Part shown: positions 13,901 through 28,900 of the stretch, one piece after another
Position numbering within the stretch: position 1 is the stretch's first letter
Layout: every line of letters starts with the position of its first letter
From: Balanoglossus misakiensis
Taxonomy: Eukaryota > Animalia > Hemichordata
Assembly: GCA_040954595.2 (NCBI GenBank)
Contig: CM082582.2
Location: forward strand, 5,998,303-6,062,302
Reading direction: 5' to 3'
DNA: 64,000 bases
Notes under the pieces: model-generated
Told to the model about the DNA's origin: nothing
Database searches by the model: none
What the model saw: only the letters and a program-made list of their open reading frames with translations
Made by a program: the position numbers and the translations under genes

Positions 13901-16900
13901 CGACATATCTTCAGCTGTTACAGTGAAAGATTCTGACATCCTATGTGGTAAGTGTTTAAACGATTGTTTGAGAATGTATTTATTTATTTACTTGTGGCAA
14001 CTAATTATATCATGTGTGATATACGGTTTTCTTTGAACTGTCGATTACTGTGTATGTCACTGTGTGTAGAATGTTGTGTGTCCAAAAACGAGACTGATTT
14101 GCATATTTCAGCTCCTGAGGAACCCGAATGCGATAATGGCGAATTTGAAGACAAGGTGTGGAAGTTTGACAGCACATCCGAGTACACTTACGTCACTCTC
14201 GAGAAAGAGATCCGCGACATCTGGGAGTTCTCCTCCTGTTGGTGGATGAGGACCAAAGACAGCAGCAGTACAAACCACGCCGTGTGGAGCTACTTCGCCC
14301 AGGGCGACAGCGTGGGCAGCATATTGGTGGAGAACCCGTACAACCTGCGCGTGGCCATCAAGAACAGCTGGGGCAGCAACTCGGGCATCGCCGTCAACTA
14401 CGGCATGTGGCACCACGTGTGCGTCACGTGGACGACGGAAGGCGGCCTCTACAAGATATACAGAGACGGCGGTCTGGCGTACCAGCAAGGCGGGAAATCC
14501 ACCAACACCGAGCTGAGAGGGGGCGGGACCGTGGTGATTGGACAGAGGCAGTCGCAGCTTGGAGGTGGCTTCAGCAGGAGTTATTCCTTCTACGGAGACA
14601 TTTCAGGCTTCCAGTTCTGGAAGAACCTCATCGATGAAAGCGATATCAAGGTAATTCAGATGTCCTAGACTGGTAGTTGTCGAAATGACGACAATTATTA
14701 GAGATTGTTTAACCATAACAAACCCTATAAAACCTTCTGAGTCCCTCCAAATTCAACTCACACAAATGGTGGTAACATTAGTTCTACTCCCTTCATATAT
14801 ATGTGTCATTTTCTCGTAAATCACTTACTGATTGGCCGTAGCAATTGCATGCGAGCTGCTCATTCATTGCGCAACATCCGTTCGCATCCATTGTACGAAT
14901 AGTGAGGGTCCAAATTCTGAAATTTGCTTTCTTGTTATTGGTATTCAGAGCTTTGTCGAGAATCGTGGCTGCGAAAACGGCTGTGGTAATATCCTGTCTT
15001 GGGCTGAGTTCACCAGTGATCATCTCACAGAGGTCGAAGTTGAAGATGCTGAAGCAGTGTGTGGTGAGTATATTCCGTGGTATTTGTGCTTTTCCACAAA
15101 CATTATATGGAGACATATACATATATATCGTGACATTATTGTGACTATGTATGCAATGAGAAAATATACAATATCATAACATTGTGACCGTGTATGCCAA
15201 TAGAACAATAAGCTCTCCTCGTAATATCGGAGATTGCGACTTTTTAGCTGTCCTCATAAATGGGAATGAGATACATGAAGACTTGTGCACATTTTGGAAG
15301 TAACCGGAACATCACGTTTCCTTTCAGAACCACGTGTCACGTCGTGCGGAGATGGCGAGTTCGACGATTCAGCGTGGACGCTGGAGACGTCATCATCTCA
15401 GTTCAGCTACGCCGCCATCAGACAAGAGATCCCCACGATGTCGGCCGTCTCGGTGTGCATGTGGGTGAAGAGTACTGACACAACGACCAGCAAATACCTG
15501 TACACCTACAGAACCTCCAACATCAACACGGGAAGCATCTACCTGTACAACCCGAACAGCCTGCAGTTCTACATCGACAACTCCGCCGGTACGGCCAGTG
15601 GAATAGCGGTCAACTACGGACTGTGGTTCCACGTGTGTCAGACGTGGACGGCGGAGGGCGGCAAGTACCAGTACTTCAAAGATGGGCGATTGCGGTACAC
15701 CAGCACCAACCTGCGAACCAACTACGAGATCGTCGGAGGCGGCACCCTGATAATTGGACAGTGGCAGGGGTCGCAGGGCGGTACCTTCTCCACGGCCTAC
15801 GGTTTCAATGCTGAAATCACCAAGTTCAACATGTGGAGTGAAGTATTGGAAACTTCAGATATCGAGGTGTGTACTTTACCAGACCGTTACCGATAAGGTG
15901 GCGAATAATCTAAGCGTGCCTTACTGTTTATGGGAGATATGTAGCAGTAGACGTATGGCATGAGGACATCTCTTCAACCCCTCTAATTTGCATATTCCAA
16001 CATATGGTCTAAGTCTATGGCTGTCTTCTAATAACCATGTGGTGGCGCTAATTTTTCGGGTGGCCACCCGATTGCAAAATCGTACTGGGCAAGATCCCCA
16101 CTTTCCATTGTAACTGTGGCTATAATTGCATAGGTTGCCGCTTACCTATTATCCACACTGTTCTTTTACTTAGGCTATGGTTGCAGAGCCTTGTGGACAC
16201 ATGTGTGGGAATGTTGTTTGGTGGTCCTACTTCAGATCTGACGATATAGCCAACATTGAAGCTGGTGAACACGGGCTTCAGTGCGGTAAGTAACATCCAA
16301 CGCCCCAAAACGCCTCACAATTTGTACAACGGCCCCTATTTGGACCTCATGCGAGAGAAACCACGGCCATCTTGTATCTAGCTCGTACGCAAGCTCTAGA
16401 GTGCCTTATGGGTAAAAATAATGTTTATCAACAAAGGCTAAATCGTGACGATACCCGCCTTTTAAAGAATTTATATTACAGTCAGTCGAAGTATTATATT
16501 CCTGTTTTCTTAAATATTTGGTATCTCACGTGAAATAACTTCTTTCCGATTACAATTTACAGAGGAAGAAGAGGTGATATGTGAATCGGGAGCATTTACA
16601 AACAAGACGTGGGCGTTCGACAGCACCTCCGAGTTCACCTACGTCACAGCGCCCGCCGAGTTTGTCGACATGATGTCCTTCACTGTCTGCTGGTGGATGC
16701 GATCGAACGACGTCTCCAACCAAGGGCGGGCGTTCTTCAGCTACTTCGCGCCGGGCGACAGCACCGGCAGCATCCTGGTGCAGAACCCGAGCAACCTGCG
16801 GGCCGCCATTCTGAACTCGTGGGCGACGGCGTCGGGCGTGTCGGTGACCTACGGCGTGTGGCACCACGTCTGCGTGACGTGGAGCGCTGACGGCGGCCAG

Positions 16901-19900
16901 CACGAGTTCTACAAGGACGGCAGCCGAGTGTTCACCCAGCTGAACTTCCAGACCAACAAACCCATCAGAGGTGGCGGCAGAGTCGTCATCGGCCAGAGAC
17001 AATCCACGGGTGCCTTCAGCCGATCGTACTCGTACATTGGCGAAGTGTCAGATTTCAACATGTGGAGTGAAGTTCTAATCGCGTCTAAAATACAGGTAAG
17101 CCCAAATTCTGCGCAGTATACTACCATCAAAGAGTTTCCTGTACTTGTCAGTAAATGTATTTCACGTTCCGAAAAAAACACCTTTCTATAGAGTCTACAA
17201 ACTTAAGATGTGAGTGGTGTATGTTGGTGTTACCCAGTAAGGTATCTACAACGCAGGCAGATTCAACAAGTCTTTGGTACTCTATCTGAACAGTATGTCT
17301 ATACCAGAGGAGAAGACCGAGTTTCTAATTATTTTCAAAAAGACGAGCATTTCTCTCCTTTCATCCATTCTTCCTGCGAACATCTATTCAAGTATATATC
17401 ACGAGTTTCTCAAATCACATTTGTTCAGGCATTTGCTGACAACCGTGGCTGTGGAAATGGTTGCGGTGATCTGATCTCCTGGTCGGCATTTACATCATCC
17501 GATCTAACAAGTGTCGAAGTCGAGGATGCCGACGCAGTCTGCAGTACGTATTGAGTTCTCGTTGTGTCTATGAACTTCATTTTATGTACACAATTTTCGC
17601 TTAATTTGATATACAGTACATCAGACAAAGATCAAATGACTTGACAATAAAAACTACAACATTCAGTGTCGACGTTTGCAATAGACCATATCCAGAACGC
17701 CACGAGATCGTGCGAGATCTCGTAATGAGCGGCAAACCATCTATTGATACGTAGGAACAGTAGACGACCAAAGCATAACCCACAATAAACGACTATGTGA
17801 ACCTCTCTTTATATAGAACCGAGAATTTCCGACTGTGAATCGGACGACGGCGGCGAGTTCCACAACATGGCGCTCGACATGGACAACAGCGGCGACTTCT
17901 GTTTCGCCGAAGCCTTCCAAGTGATCCCGGACATGTCCAAGTTCACCGCCTGCTGGTGGATCCGCAGCACGGACACCACGACGGCGAAGTACCTGATGAC
18001 GTACCGCTCCTCCAACATCAACACGGGCAGCATCTACGTCTACAACCCCAACAACGTGCAGCTGTACGTCAACAACGGCGCCGCCACCGCCAGCGGCATC
18101 GCCGTCAACTACGGCATCTGGCATCACCTGTGTATGACCTGGAACGGTGCGGACAGCGGACGATACGCCTACTACAAAAACGGCCACATGAGGTACACGT
18201 CGCACAACTTGAGGACCAGTCAGACCATTCTGGGGAGTGGAAGCTTGCTGATTGGCCAGTGGCAGGGTTCGGTTGGCGGCACTCTCAGCAAGTCATATTC
18301 CTTCAATCATGAAATGACAGGGTTTAACATTTGGAGTGAAGTTCTCGATGCTGAAGATATATCGGTAAGATAGTAGTTGTTATCAGGTCAGATGAAAATA
18401 CCAAATGGAATTCCTCGTCGGCGAAGCTTCTGAATCATATAAAATCAATAAGAAAATCAATGCTAAGACATACAGACACACTTTTGGTTCAAGTTCTTAT
18501 GCTATATGGGAAATACAATACACGTGATTGTACGCCATGCCTCACTTCATCTTTATTACAACACAGGCGTTATACGGTAAGCCGTGTGATTCAGCGTGCG
18601 GTGATGTCGTATCATGGCGATTCTTCCGGATGGATGACGTCACTTCAGCTGTCACCGTCAATGATGCTGACATTCAATGTGGTAAGTATAAAGGAAGTCC
18701 CTTATTTGACCAAATCATTTGCAAAAAATGAAATACACACATGCATATCCGCAATCTATGTAAATATGAATATGTACACATTTCCAAGTTAATAACTCAA
18801 GCCAGATCATTGCTATGCACAGTGTATATCTTCTACAGCAAACATGCATGAGGCAGGCGTAGCTCACTCTTTTCGTAACGTTTACGCCATTGCTTGGTTT
18901 TACATTGATTTTCCTCTCCATTTTAGCCCCAGAAGAACCGGTTTGCTCTGGAGGCACCTTTGAAGACAAGATCATGGAATTTGACAGCACATCTGAGTAC
19001 ACGTACGCAACCGTTGACAAAGACTTCCAAGACATCTGGTCGTTCACAAGTTGTTGGTGGATGCGAACACAGGACACCAGCAGTACGTACCGCACCATGA
19101 TGAGCTACTTTGCACTCGGTGACAGTACAAGTCTTGCCAGCATCGCGGTGGAAAATCCTTACAACATGAGAGTTGGCATCAAGGGAAGGTGGGGAAGTAA
19201 CTCTGGAATTGCAGTTAACTACGGGATGTGGCATCACGTGTGTGTCACGTGGACCTCGGACGGTGGCACGTACCAGATCTACCGAAATGGAGGCCTGGCG
19301 TACACACAGACTGGTTATTCGGCAAACAAGATCCTCAGAGGGGGTGGCAAATTGGTTCTTGGACAAAAACAGACAACCCTCGGCGGGGGATTCAGTAGAA
19401 CCTATTCCTACTACGGTGACATGTCAGATTTTAACATGTGGAGCACTGTTTTGGAATCAGACGTCATCAAGGTAATGAAACACCCTTTTCATAAGTCCAG
19501 CGCCCTCACATAGGCCGCCATCTTGAATTTGAACCCAGAGCGAGGCCAATGGTTAAAAGTTGACCAATCACATGAAGAATGTTTCCCCATTGGCCTCGCT
19601 CTGAGTTCAACTTCCTGATGGCTGAATGAGGGCGCCAGACTTATTAAAAGTGTGCACATGTATTCTCATTGATTTTGTTCGTGTAAATGTTGTAGACCAT
19701 AGATTTATGTCAAACCTTAACATGTCACATTGTCACATTCAACTGACAAGGAACATTTTCTGGATACTAGATTGTATAGTTCTTTTGCATTTCAGGCTTT
19801 TGTGGAAAATCGTGGCTGCGAGAACGGTTGTGGTGATCTTGTTGCTTGGGCAGACTTCACTGCCTCTACCATCACTGAAGTTGACATTGAAGATGCCGAT

Positions 19901-22900
19901 GCCGTCTGCGGTAGGTTCATTGTTATGTTGCACATAGAAGTCGAATGTCATTTAATTCTGTTCTAAAATCGTTTAATAATACGCGTTATAATTAAAATAT
20001 GTCTCAAAACAGTGTTCAATTTCTGTCGCATTTAACTGTGTGCGATCTTTTTCTCAACACAATTTTGCGAACAGAACCCAGAGTGGAGACGTGCGGGGAT
20101 GGTGAGTTTGATGATGAAGCTATCACCTTTGAAACTTCCTCGTCACAGTTCAGCTACGGAACAGTGAGGCAGCAGATCCCCACGATGTCGGCCGTCTCGG
20201 TGTGCATGTGGGTGAAAAGTACTGACACAACGACCAGCAAATACCTGTACACCTACAGAACCTCCAACATCAACACGGGAAGCATCTTCTTGAACAACCC
20301 GAACAACCTGCGGTTCTACATCGACAATGCCGCCGGTACGGCGAGCGGAGTGGCCGTCAACTACGGCATCTGGCACCACATATGCCAGACGTGGACGGCG
20401 GAGGGCGGCAAGTACCAGTACTTCAAGGACGCGAGACTGCGATACAGCAGCACCAACCTGCGAACCAACTACGAGATCGTCGGAGGCGGCACCCTGATCA
20501 TTGGACAGTGGCAAGGTTCCCTCGGGGGCACGTTCTCGACGTCGTATGGTGTCAACGCCGACATTACCAAGTTTAATCTGTGGAGCGAAGTTTTGGACGA
20601 AAGTGACATTGAGGTGAGTGCGCACGATTTATCGCCAGTCAGCAGACGAAGGGGGCATGGTAACTTTCTTGGGATACTCCGGCCATATACAGTAGTGTCA
20701 ATATCAGTTGTCAGTTCAAAGGCCAGTTTCTGACTGTACAATCAACATACGGGGCTCAACCTAACCCCAGTCAACATTCTGTCTCCCTGGTGTCAAAATG
20801 TACCACAAGCGCCATCTCTTCAGCAAAATTTAACCCTACACAAATGTAACATATTGTAACGTGTTGACCTATATCCCATGTTATTCATTCACGTCCAGGC
20901 AATGGTCAATGCGCCCTGCGGACACTTTTGCGGAGATGTTGTTTCTTGGTCGTATTTTAGATCGGATGACTTTGCCGGAGTTACAGCAGAGGCCCATGGC
21001 TTACAGTGCGGTAAGTGCAAACAGTGCAGATATCGTACTTTATCCGCCTATACAGCTAAGTTCTTTTTGGGTGTTATCAACGATGAAGAGAAAAATATAC
21101 AATAAAAACACACTGATTTATCTTGCCTTGGCTTATGCAAATATATAGCTTGTCAATTCAGATGGCATTGCTATTTGGAAAAAGTCAATGTAACGTATAG
21201 GTTGTCTTGGATAACATGCAAAGTGAATCACACCCTGTGACGAATTTATAACAGTTGCACATTGCTGTGAATCAATTATAGAATTAAGACATTGAACTAT
21301 TTGATGTTAAATATGTGTTTTTTTCCACGTATTGTACAGAGGAGGAAGAATTGATTTGCGAAAACGGGCCATACACCAACAAGACCTGGTCGTTCGACAG
21401 TACGTCTGAATACACCTACGTCACAGCGCCTACTGAGTTTTTAGACATGCACTCATTTACGGCCTGTTGGTGGATGAGAACCAACGATGTGTCCGGACAG
21501 GCCCGCTCTATCTTCACCTACTTTGCGCCCGGAGACAACCCTGGAAGTATATTGGTGGAGAAATCTAACAGTCTGAGAGCTTGTATCAAGAATACCTGTG
21601 CGTCCCCTTCCGGCGTATCGGTGACCTATGGCATTTGGCACGCGGTCTGTGTCACGTGGACCATGGACGGCGGCGTGCAGGAATTCTACAAGGACGGCAG
21701 TCGAGTTTTCCAACAGTCGAACGTGAGGGCCAATCAGATGTTGAGAGGAGGTGGAAAGCTCATCATTGGTCAAAGACAAGCAAGTGTCGGTGGTGGATTC
21801 AACAGGGCTTATTCGTACATTGGCGAATTGTCAGATTTCAACATGTGGAGTTCCGTGCTTTTGCAATCGAAAGTAAAGGTAAATCAGAATAATTAATGGA
21901 TAAGCTTACAGTAAAGTAAATATTTCTATTTGATACGTTACAGTGCTATATTATCTTAGTGTATTGTATTTCAAACATCGTTTCTCAAGACTAGCTTACG
22001 ATACTGGTTTGTGTATAGGTGAAAGTCATTGTCGAGTACTCAGAAATCAGAACGAACTTGCTTTGTAGAAACGTGCACTATTGTCCTGTCCACATACTGT
22101 TTTGTTTATGCTTACTTGCAACTCCGAGCCTAAATACAGTAACCTTATTGTCAACAACTCCTTTCTTGACGTTATCCGACCACGTGGCTCTAATCACACT
22201 ATACCATAACGCATAACGAATGGTTTTGATACTTCTGGATTGTTTTCTCGTAGACCTTTGCAGCAAATCGCGGTTGTGACAACGGCTGTGGAGATTTGCT
22301 TTCATGGTCAGAAATCACTTCCTCAGCTCTGACCGAAGTAGACGTTAATGACGCCGAATCTGTTTGCCGTAAGTGAAATATTTCAGACAAAAGTTTCACG
22401 TGTTAGGTGGTGATTCACTCATCCATCGGTATGGAAACAGTGAATGGTTAATTATCAAATGCATTAGATCGAGAGAAAAAAAACCACTTAGGAACCGACA
22501 TCACATTTTCTGGGTTGATTTCAACACAGGTACGACATTCATAGAAACGTATACATCGTTAGATGTTACATAGGTAAAAGTATCATATGAGTGAATTGCC
22601 CGTACATATTATATGTGTATGTACTTTTTCTCTCAGGACCCAGACCGACAACTTGCGAAGGCGGAGAATTCGAAGGGAAGGTACTGGACATGGATAACAG
22701 CGGAGACTACAGCATCACCCAGAGCTTCCAAACGATGCCGGACATGTCGCAGTTCACGATGTGCTGGTGGGTGAAGAGCGAGGACAAGACCAGCTCCAAG
22801 TACCTGGTGACCTACCGATCCGCCAACATCAACACCGGCAGCATCTACGTCTACAACCCCAACAACATGCAGCTGTACGTCAACAACGGAGGGGCGACCG

Positions 22901-25900
22901 CCAGCGGCTTCGCGGTGAACTACGGCATCTGGCACCACGTGTGCGTCACCTGGAAGGGCGCCGACACCGGCAGGTACCATTACTACAAAGACGGCCGCAT
23001 GAGAATGACCTCGTACAACCTCAAGAACAGCCAAACGATCTTGGGAGGAGGCACCCTCATCATTGGCCAGTGGCAAGCGTCCGTTGGAGGCGGCCTCAGT
23101 AAGAGTTACTCGTTTAACCACCAAGTGACTAAGTTTAACATCTGGACCGAAGCTATGGACAGTGACGCCATTGCTGTAAGTCGATACTTCTACTTGCACG
23201 TCCATGTACTCCAGACCTATACAAATATGGACCTATGCTCCACAAAATTTGACTTGTGTATTCTCGCGATATCTAACCAATTTCTTTCAGGCCATTTGCA
23301 AACTTAAGTGAAAGCTGCAAAATAAAACAACCACTGCATTGACGTATTGTATACCCTTGCTAAGTGCTACTACGATTGAATGTTTGTATTCCAACGACGA
23401 CTGTCTTCTTATTTTATCCAGATTCTCGCCAACGATGCTTGTGATTCATCGTGCGGAGATGCCATTTCCTGGTCCCATTTCCGTCCAAGCGATATTTCCT
23501 CTGCAGTAACGGTGATGGACTCTGATATTCCATGTGGTAAGTAAATGTGGTGAAGTTTAAATGATCTTGACATCGTGTTGAATGAGAGTTTGAACAATCA
23601 ATGGGTTCTTTCACCAAATGCTTTAACCATGGTTGTGCAGGCACATATTCCATCCGTAAGGGGTTTACTCGCCAAATGAAACCCACTAATATTGCAGACC
23701 ATTTGCAAAACATGAAAAATAGCAAGCTGGTGATCACTGGTTTCGGTTTTAGTGTTATACACAATTTCCTTTCAAAGTTGCATTTTTTCAGATCACGCGC
23801 CTTGCTTTGAAAAAACAGACAAGTTTGGAAAATGAGTGTATGCAACTAGATTGAAGTAATGAATGTTTGTTGACCCCTGCCACTTTTTTTTTACAAGAAT
23901 AGCGCCCTTAATCCATCGCTTAAGTTATGATGTACTCACAATTCGAAATGGCGTGAATTCTCGCGTACTTATACACCTATACTCTCCTGTAACCCTTCTG
24001 GACAGGACCCCAACCATCGCTTTGCTCCGGGGGTGACTTCGAAGAAAAGTCGTGGTCCTTTGACAGCACCTCCGAGTACACCTATGCGACGACATCCACT
24101 GAGATCCCCGACTTGTGGCAATGGAGTGTCTGCATGTGGACAAAGACCGACCAGACTACCAACGCGGCCCGTGCCCTGATGAGCTACTTTGCATACGGCG
24201 ACAACCCCGGCAGCATCCTGCTGGAGAACGCTTACAACCTCCGACTGTGCGTGAAGAACTCCTGGGGTACGTCGTCTTCGGTCGCTGTCAATTACGGTCT
24301 GTGGCACCACGTGTGCGAGACCTGGACAGCAGACGGCGGCGTGAACAAGTTGTACAAGGACGGTTCCCTCGCGTTTGAGCAGGCTGCCTTCAGAACGGAT
24401 CAGGTGATACGGGGCGGCGGCGCTCTTATCATCGGTCAGCGCCAGGGCAGCATTGGCGGAGGCTTCAACAGGGCTTACAGCTATATTGGAGAAATTGCCG
24501 GCTTTAACATGTGGAGCAGTGCTCTAGCCCTGGAGGATGTCAAGGTAAATTTTGGTTTACTGAATTTTCAATGTGTACAGGACTGGGTCTTTCGAAAGTG
24601 AAATAAGGATATAAGCGTTGAAGAGACATTTCAGATGGAAGTGCTGGTTACACGGCGATTTTGGCCAAATGTCTCACTCACCTGCAAGTGCAAAATTCAG
24701 TGATTTTTATAAACACACTATTATGTTCTGTGCAATTTCGAACTAGCTTCATAGTCTATCTCCTTTACATTCTACTCCTTAGTTACTGGCTGCAGATCGA
24801 GGCTGTCAGAACGGCTGTGGTGATCTATTGTCGTGGTCAGAATTTGTTTTAGCTGACGTCATTGAAGCTGACGTTGCCGAATCAGATGGTGCCTGTGGTA
24901 AGTATTCAAAGATTCTGCGGATTTACAAAAAATGGTTCCATATTCTCAAGGATGCATGCTTAACGTTTCTAAACCACCTTGACAGTGACACAGATACATG
25001 TACGTCATAAAGTACGATACGGGGATCAGTATAAACATGTAGTCCTGTTTGGCATTTTTTTTCTGGCAGAGTGGATGTCTATGTTGTCTGTGTATATAAA
25101 CAGACATGGAAACATTTGTAATACTTGTCTTCAAAAAGCACTTTCTTTTTGAAATGGCACCTCCCGGAGAGATGTAAGACAGTTCAACTCAAGAAGACCC
25201 ATTTCATCATGTAAATATAGCAACAGACGATTTTTTACCATTTTCACTCTCCAGAAACACGACCAACCGATTGTGACGATGGCGAATTCCACGGCAAAGC
25301 GTGGTCGTTCGAGAGCACCAGCACGACCGAGTGGAGCTTCGTGAACGCCTACAAGGACATTCCGGACATGACGTCGCTGACGGCTTGCTGGTGGGTCCGA
25401 ACCACCGAGACCAACGCCAACAGGCATTTCTTCTATTACGCGACGAGGGGGATTTCCACCGGAAGTTTCTACGTGTACAACATGAACAACGTGCAGATGG
25501 GCGTTAACAACCAGGCGGGCAGCGCCAGTGGCGTGTCTGTCGGCACCGGCTTGTGGCACCACGTGTGCGTCACGTGGACCTCTGAGCAGGGTACCTACCA
25601 GTACTTCAAGGACACGTCCCGCGTGTTTTCCTCGTACAACCTGAGGTCCGGCCAGACTATCCAGGGTCACGGCACCCTGGTCATCGGCCAGAAGCAGGGC
25701 GCAAACGGAGGACCGTTCACGAACGGATACCAGTTCTTGGGTGAAATATCTTCCTTCAACATCTGGAGCGAGGTTCTGGACAGTGCGAAACTTCAGGTGT
25801 GTTAACTGACGTCCACTTCTGTTCATTGTGTAAAAGGGATTGGACCTTAGTAGAATCTTATTGAAATGATTTGGCTGTATGCCATTTATCATCATTGATA

Positions 25901-28900
25901 ATTTCGTCCAAGCTCGCCGACTTCGTTCCTCAAGAATAACTTATTTGGAGTGTACTTATAGTGTCTATATAGTTTTTCGAGTTTGCCTTGCTTCATCTGC
26001 CAAAGTATATCGCGTCAATTTTGTGGAGAAACACAAACGCACGGTTGAGATTTATAGACTTAGCAAGCTGGGTTGTTCAGCAGCGTTCTCAAGTTAACGC
26101 CAGCAATTTTGTAGGTTAACTCTATATGAAGCTAAACATTGCCATACAATTAACAGACCAGATAGACGACGACTTGCTTTGCAACAACTGTGAGACACAC
26201 TACCCGATGTAAACTAGCACATATGTCATGTTTTCTGATATAATTCCATTATGATCTTTTGAACAACCGTAGGGTGTTGCTGAAGATGGCTGCGAGAGTG
26301 ACTGTGGGGATATCATTTGGTGGTCATACTTCCGGTCGTCAGACTTGCACGAAGTTGATGTCAGTGAAGCAGATATCCAGTGTGGTAAGAGATTGGTGTT
26401 TATGAGTATCCTGAGACAAATATGAGTAGTATACGTGACTATTTGGGCACTCATTATATATTCATATATTCATATTATATATTCGTATATTCATATTTTC
26501 ATAATTATAATAAGATGCAGATATGTTTATATAATGAGTGCCCAAATAGCCACGTATACTACTAATATGTTAGACTTGACTCCTGCCTCAGAGGACTGAT
26601 CGTAATGACAGGTTTCACTGTACAATTTCGGTAACACCTCTACTCCTTTGAACACAGAGCCGAGAATAGAGACCTGTGAGGGCGGCGAATTCGAAGACAA
26701 GAAGATTTCGTTCGACAGCAGCGACGAGTTCAGCGTGGTCATGGCGTACAAACAGATCCCCGACATGACGGAGTTCACCGCCTGCTTCTGGATGCAGACC
26801 GAGGACCTGTCAACGGCAGCCCAGACCATGTTCAGCTACTGGACCCACTCGCCGAACACCGGCAGCATCTACATGCGCTACCTCTACCAGCTGCAGCTGT
26901 GCGTGCAGAACTCCTGCGCGTCGCACAGCAACATCGACGTCAGGTACGGCCTGTGGCACCACATCTGCGTCACCTGGTCCAGCACCAACGGCGAGTACAA
27001 GTACTTCAAAGACGGCAGTCTCAGTTACTCGGGAAGCAACCACAAAACCGGCACGACCATCCTGGGAGGCGGGACGCTGGTTCTCGGTCAAAATCAGGCG
27101 AGCGTCGGAGGAGGCTTTAACAAAGGGTACTCCTACAAGGGTGATCTGACCAACTTCAATATGTGGAAGCAGGTTCTCAGGAGTGATGATATTAAGGTAA
27201 GGTTAACTGTTCAGTTGTACAAAACTGGTTTGCATTGTAACTTCGACACATCAAAGCATAACTCTATTACTATACAGTGTTATATAAGGAGTTGCCCTAA
27301 GTACAGTGGCTTGAGTTCCGGTTCGAGCTCAGACTCTGGTCCAGCCTGGACTGGCTGTTCCTTTTTAAATAAAGTCATCGGCATTTAAATCTATACACAC
27401 GCGTCCCCGTCTCTTCGCATCCACCGACACCCCGGCCAGACTCTCGAAGGCTTCCCAACACTTTTGGGAGACACGACACAAATATATATTCGCCCCAAAT
27501 CTAACAAACACTGACTAAGATTATTGCTTACTCATATATCATATATTAATATCAAACACTTTTGATACAGGCAATTGGAACTACTGGCTGCGAGAATAAC
27601 TGCGGAAATGTTATCTGGTGGTCATACTTCCGTTCTGGTGATGTTGGAGGTGTAACCGTAGAAGATTCAGAAGTAACGTGTGGTGAGTGCCTACCCGATT
27701 TCATATTGATCATCTTCCCCCTAGCATTGTCACTTGTTGCTGTAATGAAAACCATGCTACCTGGAGTTTGTCTGCATGCGTATATACAGTGAAAGTTGTC
27801 TTAACTATAGTACCGCATCTGTCGTTTTGGACAAGGTCTGGGATTTGCCACATGGTGAAGTCTTTTTCATTATTCTTCCCCAGCTGAAAGACCAAGACTG
27901 TGCAACCAGGGCGAGTACATTGGCAACGTCTGGAGATTCGGGCAAGGAGACAAGTTTTCACACGCATCTGTGTACAAAGAGATTCCGGACCTGGAGGAGT
28001 TCTCGGTCTGCTGGTGGATGCGAACGGACGAGCCCAGCGGCGACCGCTACATCATGAGCTACTACCACCGCACGGCGGCGCGGGCGATCGAGATACACAA
28101 CCCGAGCAACCTGCAGCTGCTCGTGAACGGCGCCAACGGGGCCGCCATCGGCCTCGCCCTCAACTACGGTCTGTGGCACCACGTGTGCATCACGTGGGAA
28201 TCCGCCAACGGCAAGTACGAGTACTTCAAAGATGGCGAGCTGCAGAAGACCGCCACGGGTCTGAGGTCCGGCCAGGAAGTCACGAGTGGCGGCACCATGA
28301 TTATTGGCCAGTACCAGACACGTGTGGGCGGTTCCTTCAGCACCAGTTACATGTACAAGGGTGACCTGACCAGTTTCAATATGTGGGGAAGTATTCTGGA
28401 TGGTGATGCCATCAGGGTGAGTTTTTTCAACTTTTGTCCATCAATAAAAAATGACAAATTCTCGACATTGTGAATTTTGGTCATTTTGGCATTTCGTATC
28501 TAAGAAATGACCAGCTGCAGAAGAACGTGAACCTTGTAAGATGCATTTCTGGAGGCATGAAGCTTTTAGCCACCTCGACAACGTTTAAGATCGTTTTTAA
28601 ATATGCTTTGCTTTCTTTCTTAGGGAATGGCGTCTGACATTTGCCAAACAGAGTGTGGCGATCTTGTACCTTGGTCCTTCTTCAGATCTGGCGATCTCAA
28701 AGATGTGACGGTGTTGGATGCTGGTGATGCCAACCTTGACTGTGGTACGTTAGAGATTTTTAGACATAATACGCCTTTTTCACGAAGAGGGCGCCCTTTC
28801 AAAACATGGCGTCGTCGCCAAGCAGACGACGTGAAAACGAGGCCAGTGGATCACAGAGTACTGCCCGAGCTCGTCTGGTCTGTTTGTGTATAAAAGTTGC

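Noticed and set aside
9976-21878. Near-identical modules as an assembly duplication artefact
   Set aside because: Flanking introns and small exons differ strongly between copies, and the large exons carry scattered substitutions.
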